Below are positions 7,905 through 17,288 of a DNA stretch of 60,297 nucleotides, piece after piece (position 1 is the first letter of the stretch; every line of letters begins with the position of its first letter). A program made the position numbers and the translations under genes. The notes beneath the pieces were generated by a model that was given only the letters and a program-made list of their open reading frames with translations, had not been told where the DNA came from and ran no database searches. The DNA is taken from NCBI GenBank assembly GCA_948512295.1, contig CAOQRA010000003.1, forward strand, positions 1 to 60,297, written 5' to 3'. Origin of the DNA: an uncultured Eubacteriales bacterium. Its GTDB lineage: Bacteria > Bacillota > Clostridia > Christensenellales > UBA1242.

Positions 7905-9884
7905 CTACTCGTATACTCTTTTGTCAATAGCTATTTTTAATTTAATAAGGTCCTCTTGCGTCAAAATTTGAATTCCAAGAGCTTTTGCTTTGGTGTATTT
8001 CGAGCCTGGATTTTCGCCTAACAAACAAAAATCTGTATTTTTTGAAACGCTAGAGCTTGTTCGACCTCCAAGACTTTCAATAAGTGCCTCAGCCTCATTT
8101 CGCGATAAATTTGGCAGCGTACCCGTCAGCACGATTGTTTTACCTTTAAGAGGTAGATTTCCCGTATTTTTAACAGGATATTTAATTTTTACACCATGCT
8201 CAAACAGCTTTTCAATCTCTTTTAAATTGTATTCCTCATCAAAAAACTCTCGAATTTTTAAAGCGATTACTTCTCCTACATCACGAATGGAAGCAAGTCT
8301 TTCTATACTTGCATTTTGTATGTCATTCAAACTATCAAATTCATTCGCTAAATCCTTAGCAGTTTTATCTCCAACCTCACTTATGCCTAGCGCAAACAAA
8401 AATCTATTAAAAGTAATATTTTTGCTTTTTTCTATTGAATTGATGATATTATCCGCTTTTTTTTGCTTAAAACTTGGTAATTTTAATAAGTCGTCAATTT
8501 TAATTTCAAATAGGTCAGATAATTTTCGCACGCCTAATTCATCATAAAATAGTTTTGCAGTCTTCTCAGAAAACCCCTCAATATTGAATGCATTTCTGCT
8601 TGCAAAATGCGAAATTCTGTCCACAACTTGCTCTCGACAACCAAAGTGATTTGTACAAAACAGTAAAGGCCCAACCCTGGTCAATTTTTCGCCACAACTT
8701 GGACAAGTTTCGGGATGAGTAATAGCTTTTGCATTTGGCAATTCTTCGGCTAAACCCATAACTTCTGGAATTACCTCATTACTTCGCCTTACAAATACTC
8801 GACTACCTATAGAAATGTTTTTGCGCTGAATATCTTCAATATTATTAAGCGTTGCACGTGATACAGTTGCCCCCGCAAGCTCGACAGGGTCAAGGCAGGC
8901 AATAGGCGTCACTCTTCCGCTTCTCCCCACCTGCCAAATTACATCTTGTAATAAAGTGGATAACTCTTGCGCTTCAAACTTAAATGCAATCGCCCATTTA
9001 GGAAACTTATTCGTCCATCCTATTTGCTCCCGAGGTTGCACCTTATTTATTTTAATAACCATTCCATCAATAAGCATGTCAAGTTTGCCTTTGATTTTAT
9101 CGACAGCGTCTATTTCTTTTACAATTTCATTAAAGTCATTAAAAACTTTAAAATATTCTCCCGTCTTAAAGCCGTTTTCAACCAAAAATTCATGCATTGC
9201 TTTTTGCGTTAAAAATTCATGGCCGTCACATTTTAAAATGGAATAGCAAAAATAGTCTAGTTTACGCTTGGCTGTTTCTTTGGGGTCAAGATTACGTATA
9301 GCACCAGCAACACCATTGCGTGCATTTTTAAGTTTTATCTCAGCAGTTTTATTATATTCGGCAAGACTGGATTGCAGCATCATTCCCTCACCCTGAACTA
9401 TAAGCTTGTTTTTAAATTTAATTTTCAAAGGTACGCTTTTAATAGTTCTAACTTGGGCTGTGACATCTTCGCCAACAATTCCATTACCGCGAGTGGTGGC
9501 GTTTTGAAAAATTCCGTTATCGTATTCAAGCACAAGTTGAAGTCCGTCAAACTTGTATTCGAGAGCAAAATCTGTGCCCCCGCTTTTTAAATTCATTTCC
9601 GCAAACCATGCCTTTAAATCATCAAGATCTCGAACCTTATTTAAACTGTAAAGCCTTACCTCGTGCTGTTTTTTTGTAAAGCCGTCAAGTACTGTGTCGC
9701 CCACTCTTAATGTTGGAGAGCCCTCAAGCGTAACCCCTGTCAACTTTTCAAGGTCAACTAAACTATAATATAATTTGTCATATTCAGCGTCAGAAATAGT
9801 AGGATTGTCATAGACATAATAATTGATATTATGTTTATTTATTTCTTCAATAAGCCTTTGCATTTTTTGAATATTATCCATCAT
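7905..9884 (-). CDS. ligA: NAD-dependent DNA ligase
   Basis: 659 aa. Adenylation motif EYKFDGL, Zn finger CPSCGEKL...CTNHFGC and a C-terminal BRCT-like GKTIVLTGTL. Overlaps the pcrA stop. Confidence 0.95.
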   Translation of the reverse strand: MMDNIQKMQRLIEEINKHNINYYVYDNPTISDAEYDKLYYSLVDLEKLTGVTLEGSPTLRVGDTVLDGFTKKQHEVRLYSLNKVRDLDDLKAWFAEMNLKSGGTDFALEYKFDGLQLVLEYDNGIFQNATTRGNGIVGEDVTAQVRTIKSVPLKIKFKNKLIVQGEGMMLQSSLAEYNKTAEIKLKNARNGVAGAIRNLDPKETAKRKLDYFCYSILKCDGHEFLTQKAMHEFLVENGFKTGEYFKVFNDFNEIVKEIDAVDKIKGKLDMLIDGMVIKINKVQPREQIGWTNKFPKWAIAFKFEAQELSTLLQDVIWQVGRSGRVTPIACLDPVELAGATVSRATLNNIEDIQRKNISIGSRVFVRRSNEVIPEVMGLAEELPNAKAITHPETCPSCGEKLTRVGPLLFCTNHFGCREQVVDRISHFASRNAFNIEGFSEKTAKLFYDELGVRKLSDLFEIKIDDLLKLPSFKQKKADNIINSIEKSKNITFNRFLFALGISEVGDKTAKDLANEFDSLNDIQNASIERLASIRDVGEVIALKIREFFDEEYNLKEIEKLFEHGVKIKYPVKNTGNLPLKGKTIVLTGTLPNLSRNEAEALIESLGGRTSSSVSKNTDFCLLGENPGSKYTKAKALGIQILTQEDLIKLKIAIDKRVYE

Positions 9885-12079
9885 TCCTCCAAAATTTCAA
9901 GTTTAGCAGAACCCAGCATTAAACTTTTTTTACCAAAATCATCGAAAATAATATCCCCAACTTCACCATCCTCAGAAATTTCAATAATAGTTCCCTCGCC
10001 ATAACGTGCATAATTAATTCTCATACCCACTTTGTATTTAGAAGTATCCATTCGCACGGCACTCTCTTTCACTTCTTTACGTAAAACCGATTTATGGTCA
10101 AAAAGAGGTTTTGAAGTAAAGTTTTCATAAAAATCGCCAGTATTTGATGAAAAAATTGCTTTTTTAGTTAAATTTTCCGATTTTTTGCTATCTAAAGTTA
10201 TAAGCCCTAGCTCACGTATAAACCTACTTGGCATTTGATATTGACTTTCTTTATATAAAAATCTTTTAGAAGTATGGGATAAATATAAAAGTTCCTCAGC
10301 GCGGGTGAGCGCCACATACATCAATCGTCGCTCCTCTTCAAGTTCGCTAGTTTTACCATTTCTAACAATTGGGAAAATACCATCCTCTAAACCTATTATA
10401 AATACAACTTTAAATTCCAGTCCTTTAACTGAATGCACTGTGGCTATTGTAACTGCTCCACCCTCACCAATCTCATCGGTGTCAGTTTTTAAGGTTACGC
10501 TTTCCAAAAAGTCTGATAGAGAGCCCTCTGGATTTTGTTTTTCGAAATCCTCCACTGAAGAAATAAAACTTTCTATATTTAAAATCCTGTTTAAATCTTC
10601 TTCCTCGTTTTGATTATAAGATTCTTGAATTTTGAACTGTTTTACAACGCTTCTAACAAACTCGGAAAGCGGCAGTTGGCATTTTTCAAGTTCAAGATAA
10701 CTTTCACGAAATTCTTGCAATTTTTTAAAGATTGCAGGTTCAGATAAAATATCTTCCGATATAATACTCTCCAGCATAGATTTGTCATCTGAGAGCGCTT
10801 TGATTTTAGCCACAGCCACATCGCCAATACTGCGTTTTGGAAAGTTTATAATTCGCTCCAATGAAACATCATCTTTTTTATTTACAAAAATGCGCAGATA
10901 AGCAATAACATTACGTATTTCCACACGTTCATAAAATTTAAATCCGCCATAAATTTTGTGCGGAATGTTAAAGCTTAATAAAGCCTCTTCCACACTTCTT
11001 GAAAGCGCATTCATGCGCATAAGTACAGCCATATCTTTATATTCATAGCCTTTTAGGTGCAAGGATTCTATATTTTTTGCGACAAAAAGCGCTTCATCAC
11101 GCTCATCATAGGCGTTATAAAGCATGGGCATCTGTCCTTTGTCCTTGTCCGTCCACATTTTTTTATCAAGTCTTGTGGTGTTGTTTTTTATAACATTGTT
11201 AGCAATCTCCAATATGCCAGCTGTAGAGCGATAGTTTCTTTCCAATTTAAACACTTTGACATCTTTAAAATCCTTTTTAAAGTCAAATATATTTTTAAAG
11301 TTAGCACCGCGCCAACTATAAATACATTGGTCTTCATCACCAACTACAAAAATATTGCCATGCACGCTTGCAAGCATTTTGACAAGAGCATACTGCACGC
11401 TGTTAGTATCTTGAAACTCATCTACAAGAATGTATTTAAATCTGTTAGCATAATAATCTAACACCTGTGGCACGCTTTCAAAAAGCTGATATGTTTTCCT
11501 AAGCAAATCATCAAAATCTAAAGCATTATTTTTTTTAAGTTTTTCCTCATATGCAGAAATAAGCATACAGATTTTATGCATATCCTGTTCGTCTTTATGA
11601 AGCAAAAAATAATCCTCTAGGCTAAGAGTTTCATTCTTATAGTTAGAAATATAATGAGAAAGTGATTTTTTTATTTTGTCATCTATAATGCCGCGTTCTT
11701 CTAAAACCTCTTTGATTACTTTGTCAGTATCGCTTTCCGAATATATAGTAAAGTCTTTTGAGTAATTACCAAGGCTTACAATATCTCTCCTTAAAATGCG
11801 AGCACACATAGAGTGAAACGTAGATATCCATATTTGCTCCGCACCCTCCACCATTTCAGCTATACGACTTTTCATCTCTCCTGCTGCTTTATTGGTAAAA
11901 GTGATTGCCAAAATATTAAAAGGCAACACACCTTTTTCCTTTAATAAATATGCAACGCGATGAGTAAGCAATCGTGTTTTTCCGCTACCAGCGCCAGCTG
12001 TGACAAGCACAGCCCCCTCTGTTTCTTTCAAAGGTGCAAGCTGTTCATCATTAAGTGAGTTTATATCAAATTTGTTCAT
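9881..12079 (-). CDS. pcrA: ATP-dependent DNA helicase PcrA (UvrD family)
   Basis: 732 aa. Walker A AGAGSGKT, DEFQDT and YRS...I motifs. pcrA-ligA order as in Bacillus. Confidence 0.93.
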   Translation of the reverse strand: MNKFDINSLNDEQLAPLKETEGAVLVTAGAGSGKTRLLTHRVAYLLKEKGVLPFNILAITFTNKAAGEMKSRIAEMVEGAEQIWISTFHSMCARILRRDIVSLGNYSKDFTIYSESDTDKVIKEVLEERGIIDDKIKKSLSHYISNYKNETLSLEDYFLLHKDEQDMHKICMLISAYEEKLKKNNALDFDDLLRKTYQLFESVPQVLDYYANRFKYILVDEFQDTNSVQYALVKMLASVHGNIFVVGDEDQCIYSWRGANFKNIFDFKKDFKDVKVFKLERNYRSTAGILEIANNVIKNNTTRLDKKMWTDKDKGQMPMLYNAYDERDEALFVAKNIESLHLKGYEYKDMAVLMRMNALSRSVEEALLSFNIPHKIYGGFKFYERVEIRNVIAYLRIFVNKKDDVSLERIINFPKRSIGDVAVAKIKALSDDKSMLESIISEDILSEPAIFKKLQEFRESYLELEKCQLPLSEFVRSVVKQFKIQESYNQNEEEDLNRILNIESFISSVEDFEKQNPEGSLSDFLESVTLKTDTDEIGEGGAVTIATVHSVKGLEFKVVFIIGLEDGIFPIVRNGKTSELEEERRLMYVALTRAEELLYLSHTSKRFLYKESQYQMPSRFIRELGLITLDSKKSENLTKKAIFSSNTGDFYENFTSKPLFDHKSVLRKEVKESAVRMDTSKYKVGMRINYARYGEGTIIEISEDGEVGDIIFDDFGKKSLMLGSAKLEILEE

Positions 12080-12132
12080 ATATTAAATATAGCTTAAACG
12101 CTCAAAAAAACAAAATAAAAAACGAAGAAAAA

Positions 12133-12453
12133 CTAACCTATGACTTGTTCGCTTTCTAATCTTTTTCGAAATCTATGATATTTTTCAATAGTATCCAGTA
12201 AATACTTTTCTCTTCCGCGTGCATCTAATCGCAACATTAGACTTTCATCCATTAAATACTTCATAGGATTTATAATGTCGGCATCACCCATAAGCAAATC
12301 TCGCACCTTGCTGTAGAATAAATCGTCATTATCGCTAATTACTTTTACATCAATATCGCTGTCAACAACATGCAAACCGTTGCCAGTTTCTTTCTTGTGT
12401 ATCATTCTGTTTTTAGCTTTAAGTGCAAGAGCTTTTAACACTTCCTTTTTCAT
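12133..12453 (-). CDS. hypothetical protein (106 aa)
   Basis: Intact ORF between holA and pcrA. No motif recognised. Confidence 0.5.
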   Translation of the reverse strand: MKKEVLKALALKAKNRMIHKKETGNGLHVVDSDIDVKVISDNDDLFYSKVRDLLMGDADIINPMKYLMDESLMLRLDARGREKYLLDTIEKYHRFRKRLESEQVIG

Positions 12454-12625
12454 ATTTACTCCTTTAAAATTTCCCCTTTTTTAGGGACTGCAAGGAAAGT
12501 ATAGCAAGAAGCGTTAATTTAGCAAAACGTATTTAACGTCGTTAAATCTAATATTATGTCGAATTTTATTAAAAAGGCGCATAATTTCAATCTTAAAAAA
12601 CACCGACAAAAATCTTACACGGAAG

Positions 12626-13582
12626 TTAAATATACAAGATAGAAAAAACAAGATAATATAATGCGGTCGTGGAAAGCATCTCTCCTGATTTAATTTTATA
12701 ATCTATATCCTCTAAAAGCGCATATATTTTTTTTAGTTGCATTTTAGAAAAATTGTTTACCTGCTCACGCTGCTTAGAAATTGCATACTCCCTTACTGAA
12801 AGAAGAGAGGCAAGCTCTGAATTGGTCATATCTGATATAGCAATAAAGAATAAGCGTCTAAAGTGATTGGTAATAAGTGCTAATGTACCTGGCTGCTTTT
12901 CCATCTGATTTAAAAGCACAATGGCTTTATCCAGATTTTTCTTACCTAAAGCTTCCGTAAGTTGAAAGACAGCGAACTCAATATTCTTATGGACAACGTT
13001 TTCTATTAATTTTTTGGTGACAAGGCTGTCGCTTGTGTCAAAGTAGATAAGTTTATCAAGTTCGTTCATAGCGAAAGTTAGATAGCCATTACAATAGTCA
13101 AGTAAAGTTTCCGCCGCCTCCGAGCTTATCTGTTTACCATTTTTAGCAAGCTCAGCGACGATAATATTTTTTGCGAGCGTTCTATCCATACGTTTTGCAT
13201 CCACAAATTCGCAAGACGTCTTGAAAGCCAAAAACTGATTATTATAATCTAAAATCATTAAAATGGTGGTTTTGCAAGGATTTTTTAAATACTCAGCCAG
13301 AATTTTGCCATCATTTTCATTTAGCTTAGCTATGTTTTTAATAATAACTAATCTTCTATCACTTCCCATAGGCATAAATTCGCAAGCGTTTACAATGGTC
13401 TGCATATTGAAGTTGTCATCATCAAAAACCGCCTTGTTAAAATCTGGCAAACATAAATTCATAGCCTTTTCAAGCATGGCTACCGCCTTGTCGTACAAAA
13501 ATAAATCCTCACCATTAACTAAATAGCATGGTGCAAGAGAAGATTTAATTCGCGACTTAAAAGTTTTCAATCCAGCCTCCAA
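12626..13582 (-). CDS. holA: DNA polymerase III delta subunit
   Basis: 318 aa. The size, the N-terminal ...YLVNGEDLFL pattern and the position immediately after comEC (conserved Firmicutes synteny) support the call. Confidence 0.75.
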   Translation of the reverse strand: MEAGLKTFKSRIKSSLAPCYLVNGEDLFLYDKAVAMLEKAMNLCLPDFNKAVFDDDNFNMQTIVNACEFMPMGSDRRLVIIKNIAKLNENDGKILAEYLKNPCKTTILMILDYNNQFLAFKTSCEFVDAKRMDRTLAKNIIVAELAKNGKQISSEAAETLLDYCNGYLTFAMNELDKLIYFDTSDSLVTKKLIENVVHKNIEFAVFQLTEALGKKNLDKAIVLLNQMEKQPGTLALITNHFRRLFFIAISDMTNSELASLLSVREYAISKQREQVNNFSKMQLKKIYALLEDIDYKIKSGEMLSTTALYYLVFSILYI

Positions 13583-15687
13583 TAATCGCTGCGGCCTGGC
13601 TCAAGTGAAAATTCAAGATTGCCAAGCTCAAAGCAGTTTATCTGATTATATCCTTGGTTATTATATAAAATTGAGCCATCGACATAAACAAGGTCGAAAA
13701 AGTTATTTTGCAGATAACTATTTATTTCATTATAACCGTTAAGAGAAAAACTAGCAAGAAAAATTGACACATCGTCAAAATTTATTTTAACCCCTAAGCC
13801 GCTTTGCTCATACTCAATATTAAACACGCCAGCATTTACCGGTTTTCCACTTTCAGCATTTAAAATAATGCTTGTACCACCCTCACATGGACATATGATC
13901 TTTTTAACATTGTAACCTGTCCATAAATCTATTTCCTCTTCAGTTGGCAAATCTTCTAAGACTACATAATCTACATTTTTAATACCTGCATTTTTTAAAT
14001 TGCGCATAATATAACTTTGCTTTAAATTTGTGTAAGTAACAATGCTGTTTCCGCTTTCACTGGTAGCGATCAAACATTCCATTTGCCCTGAGTTCAAAGT
14101 AGAAAAGCCTGTATTTGCCGCTTTAGGAATAAAGTTTACCGCAACTGACACAACAAGTAAAAGACTCATAACACTGCCAGAAATAAATTTAGCAGCCTTT
14201 TTCATAATGGTAAAATGACTTGTAAGAAATAGTATTAAGAATATAAAAATCGTCAAAGCAAGGTCAAATTGCAAAAGTGGCACTTGGAAGCTGGTGGAAG
14301 CGAAAAATTTGGCAATAATATTAGATAAATCAAAACCTCTGTCAAAAATCCATAACACTTTACCTATTGCAGGAATGATTAATATAAAAATAATAGAAAT
14401 CATCAAAAGTGGATACATAAAGGAAAACAATGGCACGATTAATAAATTGGCAAAAAATGATAGCAAATTAACTGAAGTTTGAAAGGTGGAAAGAAAAGGT
14501 AAAATGCCAATTTGAGCGGAAAACGTTAACGCTAAATATTCTGCCAGTTTATCTGGCATTACCCGTTTAAAGATGTTTGAAATCGGTCTATACAATAAGA
14601 ATATGGCGGCGACTGAAGAAAAACTCATTAAAAAGCCAATATCAAATGCATAGAGAGGTTTAATTAACAAAATGATAAAGCCTGCAAGCCCCAGCGCATT
14701 CAAGTTATCATACTGTCTGCCGCTAAGAGATGCCAGCATCATAATCACAGCCATAATGCTCGCTCGCATAACAGAGGGCGTGAAGCCGCAAACAATATTA
14801 AAAGCAAGAAGAATAATAGAAGTAATAATCGTCGTAGGCAAGCGTTTAAGTCTTAAAAGACGAAGCACGAAATATATGAGAGCAATCAAAAATCCCACAT
14901 GTAAGCCAGAAACAGTTAAAACATGAATAATCCCTGAATTTTGATAATAACCTTTGACTTCATAGTCAATGTCACTTTTATCACCAAACAGCACAGCATA
15001 ACAAATACTTGCATTGTTTTCAGACATATTAGAATATAAAACATCTTTAACTTTTAAACGCAAACTTTCATCAAAAGTCAAATATGAAGACACTACTAAG
15101 CATTGCGAATAATCGGTAGAAGCAAGGTAGCCTATATCATTTCTATAATAAAAAGAATTAAACTGTCCAAGATTAAAAAGCCTAGCAGTTTGAAGATTGG
15201 CTTTAAATGTCAGTTTATCCCCAGGCTCAAGCTTGTCTTCCTTGCCTGCACTAATATTCACATAAACATTTTTAGCATGCTCGCCATTGATAAGTACGTC
15301 TTCAAGGACGATGTAATAGCTTGCACTATCATAACTTGAATAATCTCTAAAGTTGTCCGTCACCCGCCCAACAACTACACATTCATTATCATAGCTAGGC
15401 GCTGTAGAAATATGCGACCCCAGAAAAAAGAACCCATTGCCCACCAAAAAGAAAGCCAGCACAAGTACAAATCCTTTCCACTTCCTATAGGCTATAATAA
15501 AAGCGATATAAACCGCAAAAAGTACACAAGTAAGCACAATAGGCAAAATATTCCCAGCAAAAAGCCCCTTTGCAATGGCTATTCCAAAAAGAAAAGCAAG
15601 AAAGGGATAGAAAATATATCTAAAATGCATCAACTTTTTGTCTTTCATAAAACATATTAATTGTAAATGAATTTCGTCGAAAAACAA
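13567..15687 (-). CDS. comEC: DNA internalisation competence protein ComEC/Rec2
   Basis: Polytopic membrane protein with the competence-domain signature IIHVLTVSGLHVGFL. True start uncertain (MKDKKLM... is possible). No HxHxDH metallo-beta-lactamase motif is visible in the C-terminal part. Confidence 0.85.
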   Translation of the reverse strand: MFFDEIHLQLICFMKDKKLMHFRYIFYPFLAFLFGIAIAKGLFAGNILPIVLTCVLFAVYIAFIIAYRKWKGFVLVLAFFLVGNGFFFLGSHISTAPSYDNECVVVGRVTDNFRDYSSYDSASYYIVLEDVLINGEHAKNVYVNISAGKEDKLEPGDKLTFKANLQTARLFNLGQFNSFYYRNDIGYLASTDYSQCLVVSSYLTFDESLRLKVKDVLYSNMSENNASICYAVLFGDKSDIDYEVKGYYQNSGIIHVLTVSGLHVGFLIALIYFVLRLLRLKRLPTTIITSIILLAFNIVCGFTPSVMRASIMAVIMMLASLSGRQYDNLNALGLAGFIILLIKPLYAFDIGFLMSFSSVAAIFLLYRPISNIFKRVMPDKLAEYLALTFSAQIGILPFLSTFQTSVNLLSFFANLLIVPLFSFMYPLLMISIIFILIIPAIGKVLWIFDRGFDLSNIIAKFFASTSFQVPLLQFDLALTIFIFLILFLTSHFTIMKKAAKFISGSVMSLLLVVSVAVNFIPKAANTGFSTLNSGQMECLIATSESGNSIVTYTNLKQSYIMRNLKNAGIKNVDYVVLEDLPTEEEIDLWTGYNVKKIICPCEGGTSIILNAESGKPVNAGVFNIEYEQSGLGVKINFDDVSIFLASFSLNGYNEINSYLQNNFFDLVYVDGSILYNNQGYNQINCFELGNLEFSLEPGRSDYWRLD

Positions 15688-15810
15688 AGAGTTTTGACGA
15701 AATAGTTAAAAATATTTATAATAAAATTCGTAACAACCATTAATTTTAAAGAATTTGCAAACGAAATATGTCGAAATTATAAAAAACAAGTGCTTTTCGA
15801 ATATATTTTA

Positions 15811-15838
15811 CAAAAAACGCGGGAAAGCCCGCGTTTTT
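15811..15838 (-). terminator. intrinsic terminator after the 460-aa lipoprotein gene
   Basis: AAAAAACGCGGG-AAAG-CCCGCGTTTTTT directly abutting the stop codon. Confidence 0.7.
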
Positions 15839-17220
15839 TATTCATTTTCTTGAGATATTGTCTTTTCAAATCCATTAAAGTTATATAGCGCTTTGTCAGT
15901 AAATTCATACTCAAATTCATCTATTTTTCTATAAGTGGTGTTTAATCTGCCATTAATAAGGTAGTCAGTAATAAAATCTTTAGTATTTCCGTCACTACGA
16001 ACATTAAAATCGAGATAATTTATGCCTTTGGAGTTTATTTTATAAACCTTCAAAGCTGTAGCCCCACATTCTAAGGAAGAATCTACAATTGTACCTCCTC
16101 TTGCCATATGAAGGAAATCGTTATCGTCTGAATATGTTAATAGTCCATCTTTTGATAATTTTTCAAATACTTGCTGTGTTTTTGGTAAATTATCTGTAGA
16201 GTATGAATCAATACTAAATACAATTAAACTTGTACTTTTTGTATTTGCAGGCTTAAAAGTGTTCTCATATAAATCTTTATAACTAATTTCATTAGTCAAT
16301 TGATATCTATATAATCCTAATGTGTGTCCAGTACTTCCATTTGTATAATTTAATCCTAGAATCAAATTATTTCCTTCAAAATCTATAGCAAAGATATTAT
16401 TTAGTGTTGCACCATTTAAACCAATACTTCTTTTTAAATTTTCTGCAAGAGTTATTTTAATATTTTCAACCATTTTTGGAGCATGTTCTGCTAGTTGCTC
16501 TGCGCTAAGGTTATCCCAATCAATTTCCTCTTTTTCTGGTGTAATTTCTGGAATTTCAAAACGTGTAGTGCCGACGTCTGTAATTGTGCCATTGGCATTA
16601 GAGTATTTATATTGCGCTGTACCATTGATTATTTTAATTTCAAGAGTATTTAACCCTTTACTTCCTACGAGATACTCTCCGTTGAGTTTTTCCCATGTAA
16701 TGTTATTAAATTTATCTAATGCATCATCAATGTCATGCGCATTTGCCTCTTCCCTTTCTCGCCAAGCTTCGCCGTCGTTATAGACTTTATAGGAGACATT
16801 GTCTTTTGTGTAATAATATGAAATATCGTCATTTTGAATGATTTTTGTTTCGCCGTTTGCGTATTCATAAGTCACGCCATTCTCTGTATTAGTGAAATTT
16901 TCAGCATTCATAGCGTTTGCAATAAACTCATTTGCTGTTTTAACAGCGGCGTTAAACTTTTTCTCCTCTTCATCTGGGATGTCTGGTTTTGGCGGATTTG
17001 GGTCTACTGGGTCAATAGGGTCTACCACTGGTGGATTAGGATTAACAGGGTCAACTGGAGTGTTTTGTTTATTACCACATGCGGCAAGTCCAAATATCAT
17101 GGACGCTGACATCGTAAAAGCGGCAATTGCAGCTGCCAATTTTTTTGGAAAACTAAAGCCCTTTTGTGTATTTTCAGACTTTAATTTAGCTTGTAATTTT
17201 TCTAATTCTTGATTTTTCAT
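15838..17220 (-). CDS. hypothetical lipoprotein with a Pro-rich linker (460 aa)
   Basis: Signal or anchor segment ending in the lipobox GLAAC. Followed by PVDPVNPNPPVVDPIDPVDPNPPKPDIP. Confidence 0.7.
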   Translation of the reverse strand: MKNQELEKLQAKLKSENTQKGFSFPKKLAAAIAAFTMSASMIFGLAACGNKQNTPVDPVNPNPPVVDPIDPVDPNPPKPDIPDEEEKKFNAAVKTANEFIANAMNAENFTNTENGVTYEYANGETKIIQNDDISYYYTKDNVSYKVYNDGEAWREREEANAHDIDDALDKFNNITWEKLNGEYLVGSKGLNTLEIKIINGTAQYKYSNANGTITDVGTTRFEIPEITPEKEEIDWDNLSAEQLAEHAPKMVENIKITLAENLKRSIGLNGATLNNIFAIDFEGNNLILGLNYTNGSTGHTLGLYRYQLTNEISYKDLYENTFKPANTKSTSLIVFSIDSYSTDNLPKTQQVFEKLSKDGLLTYSDDNDFLHMARGGTIVDSSLECGATALKVYKINSKGINYLDFNVRSDGNTKDFITDYLINGRLNTTYRKIDEFEYEFTDKALYNFNGFEKTISQENE

Positions 17221-17288
17221 AAATCACCTCACAAAATTTATTTTACAATTTGATTATATCATAAATTTAACATTTTTGCAATATATTT

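Noticed and set aside
12553-12575. Shared motif TATGTCGAA plus an A/T-rich tail upstream of the 106-aa gene and upstream of comEC (15766..15786), considered as a common operator.
   Set aside because: Only a 9-nt exact core is shared. Many such coincidental 9-mer matches are expected in 60 kb of AT-rich DNA.
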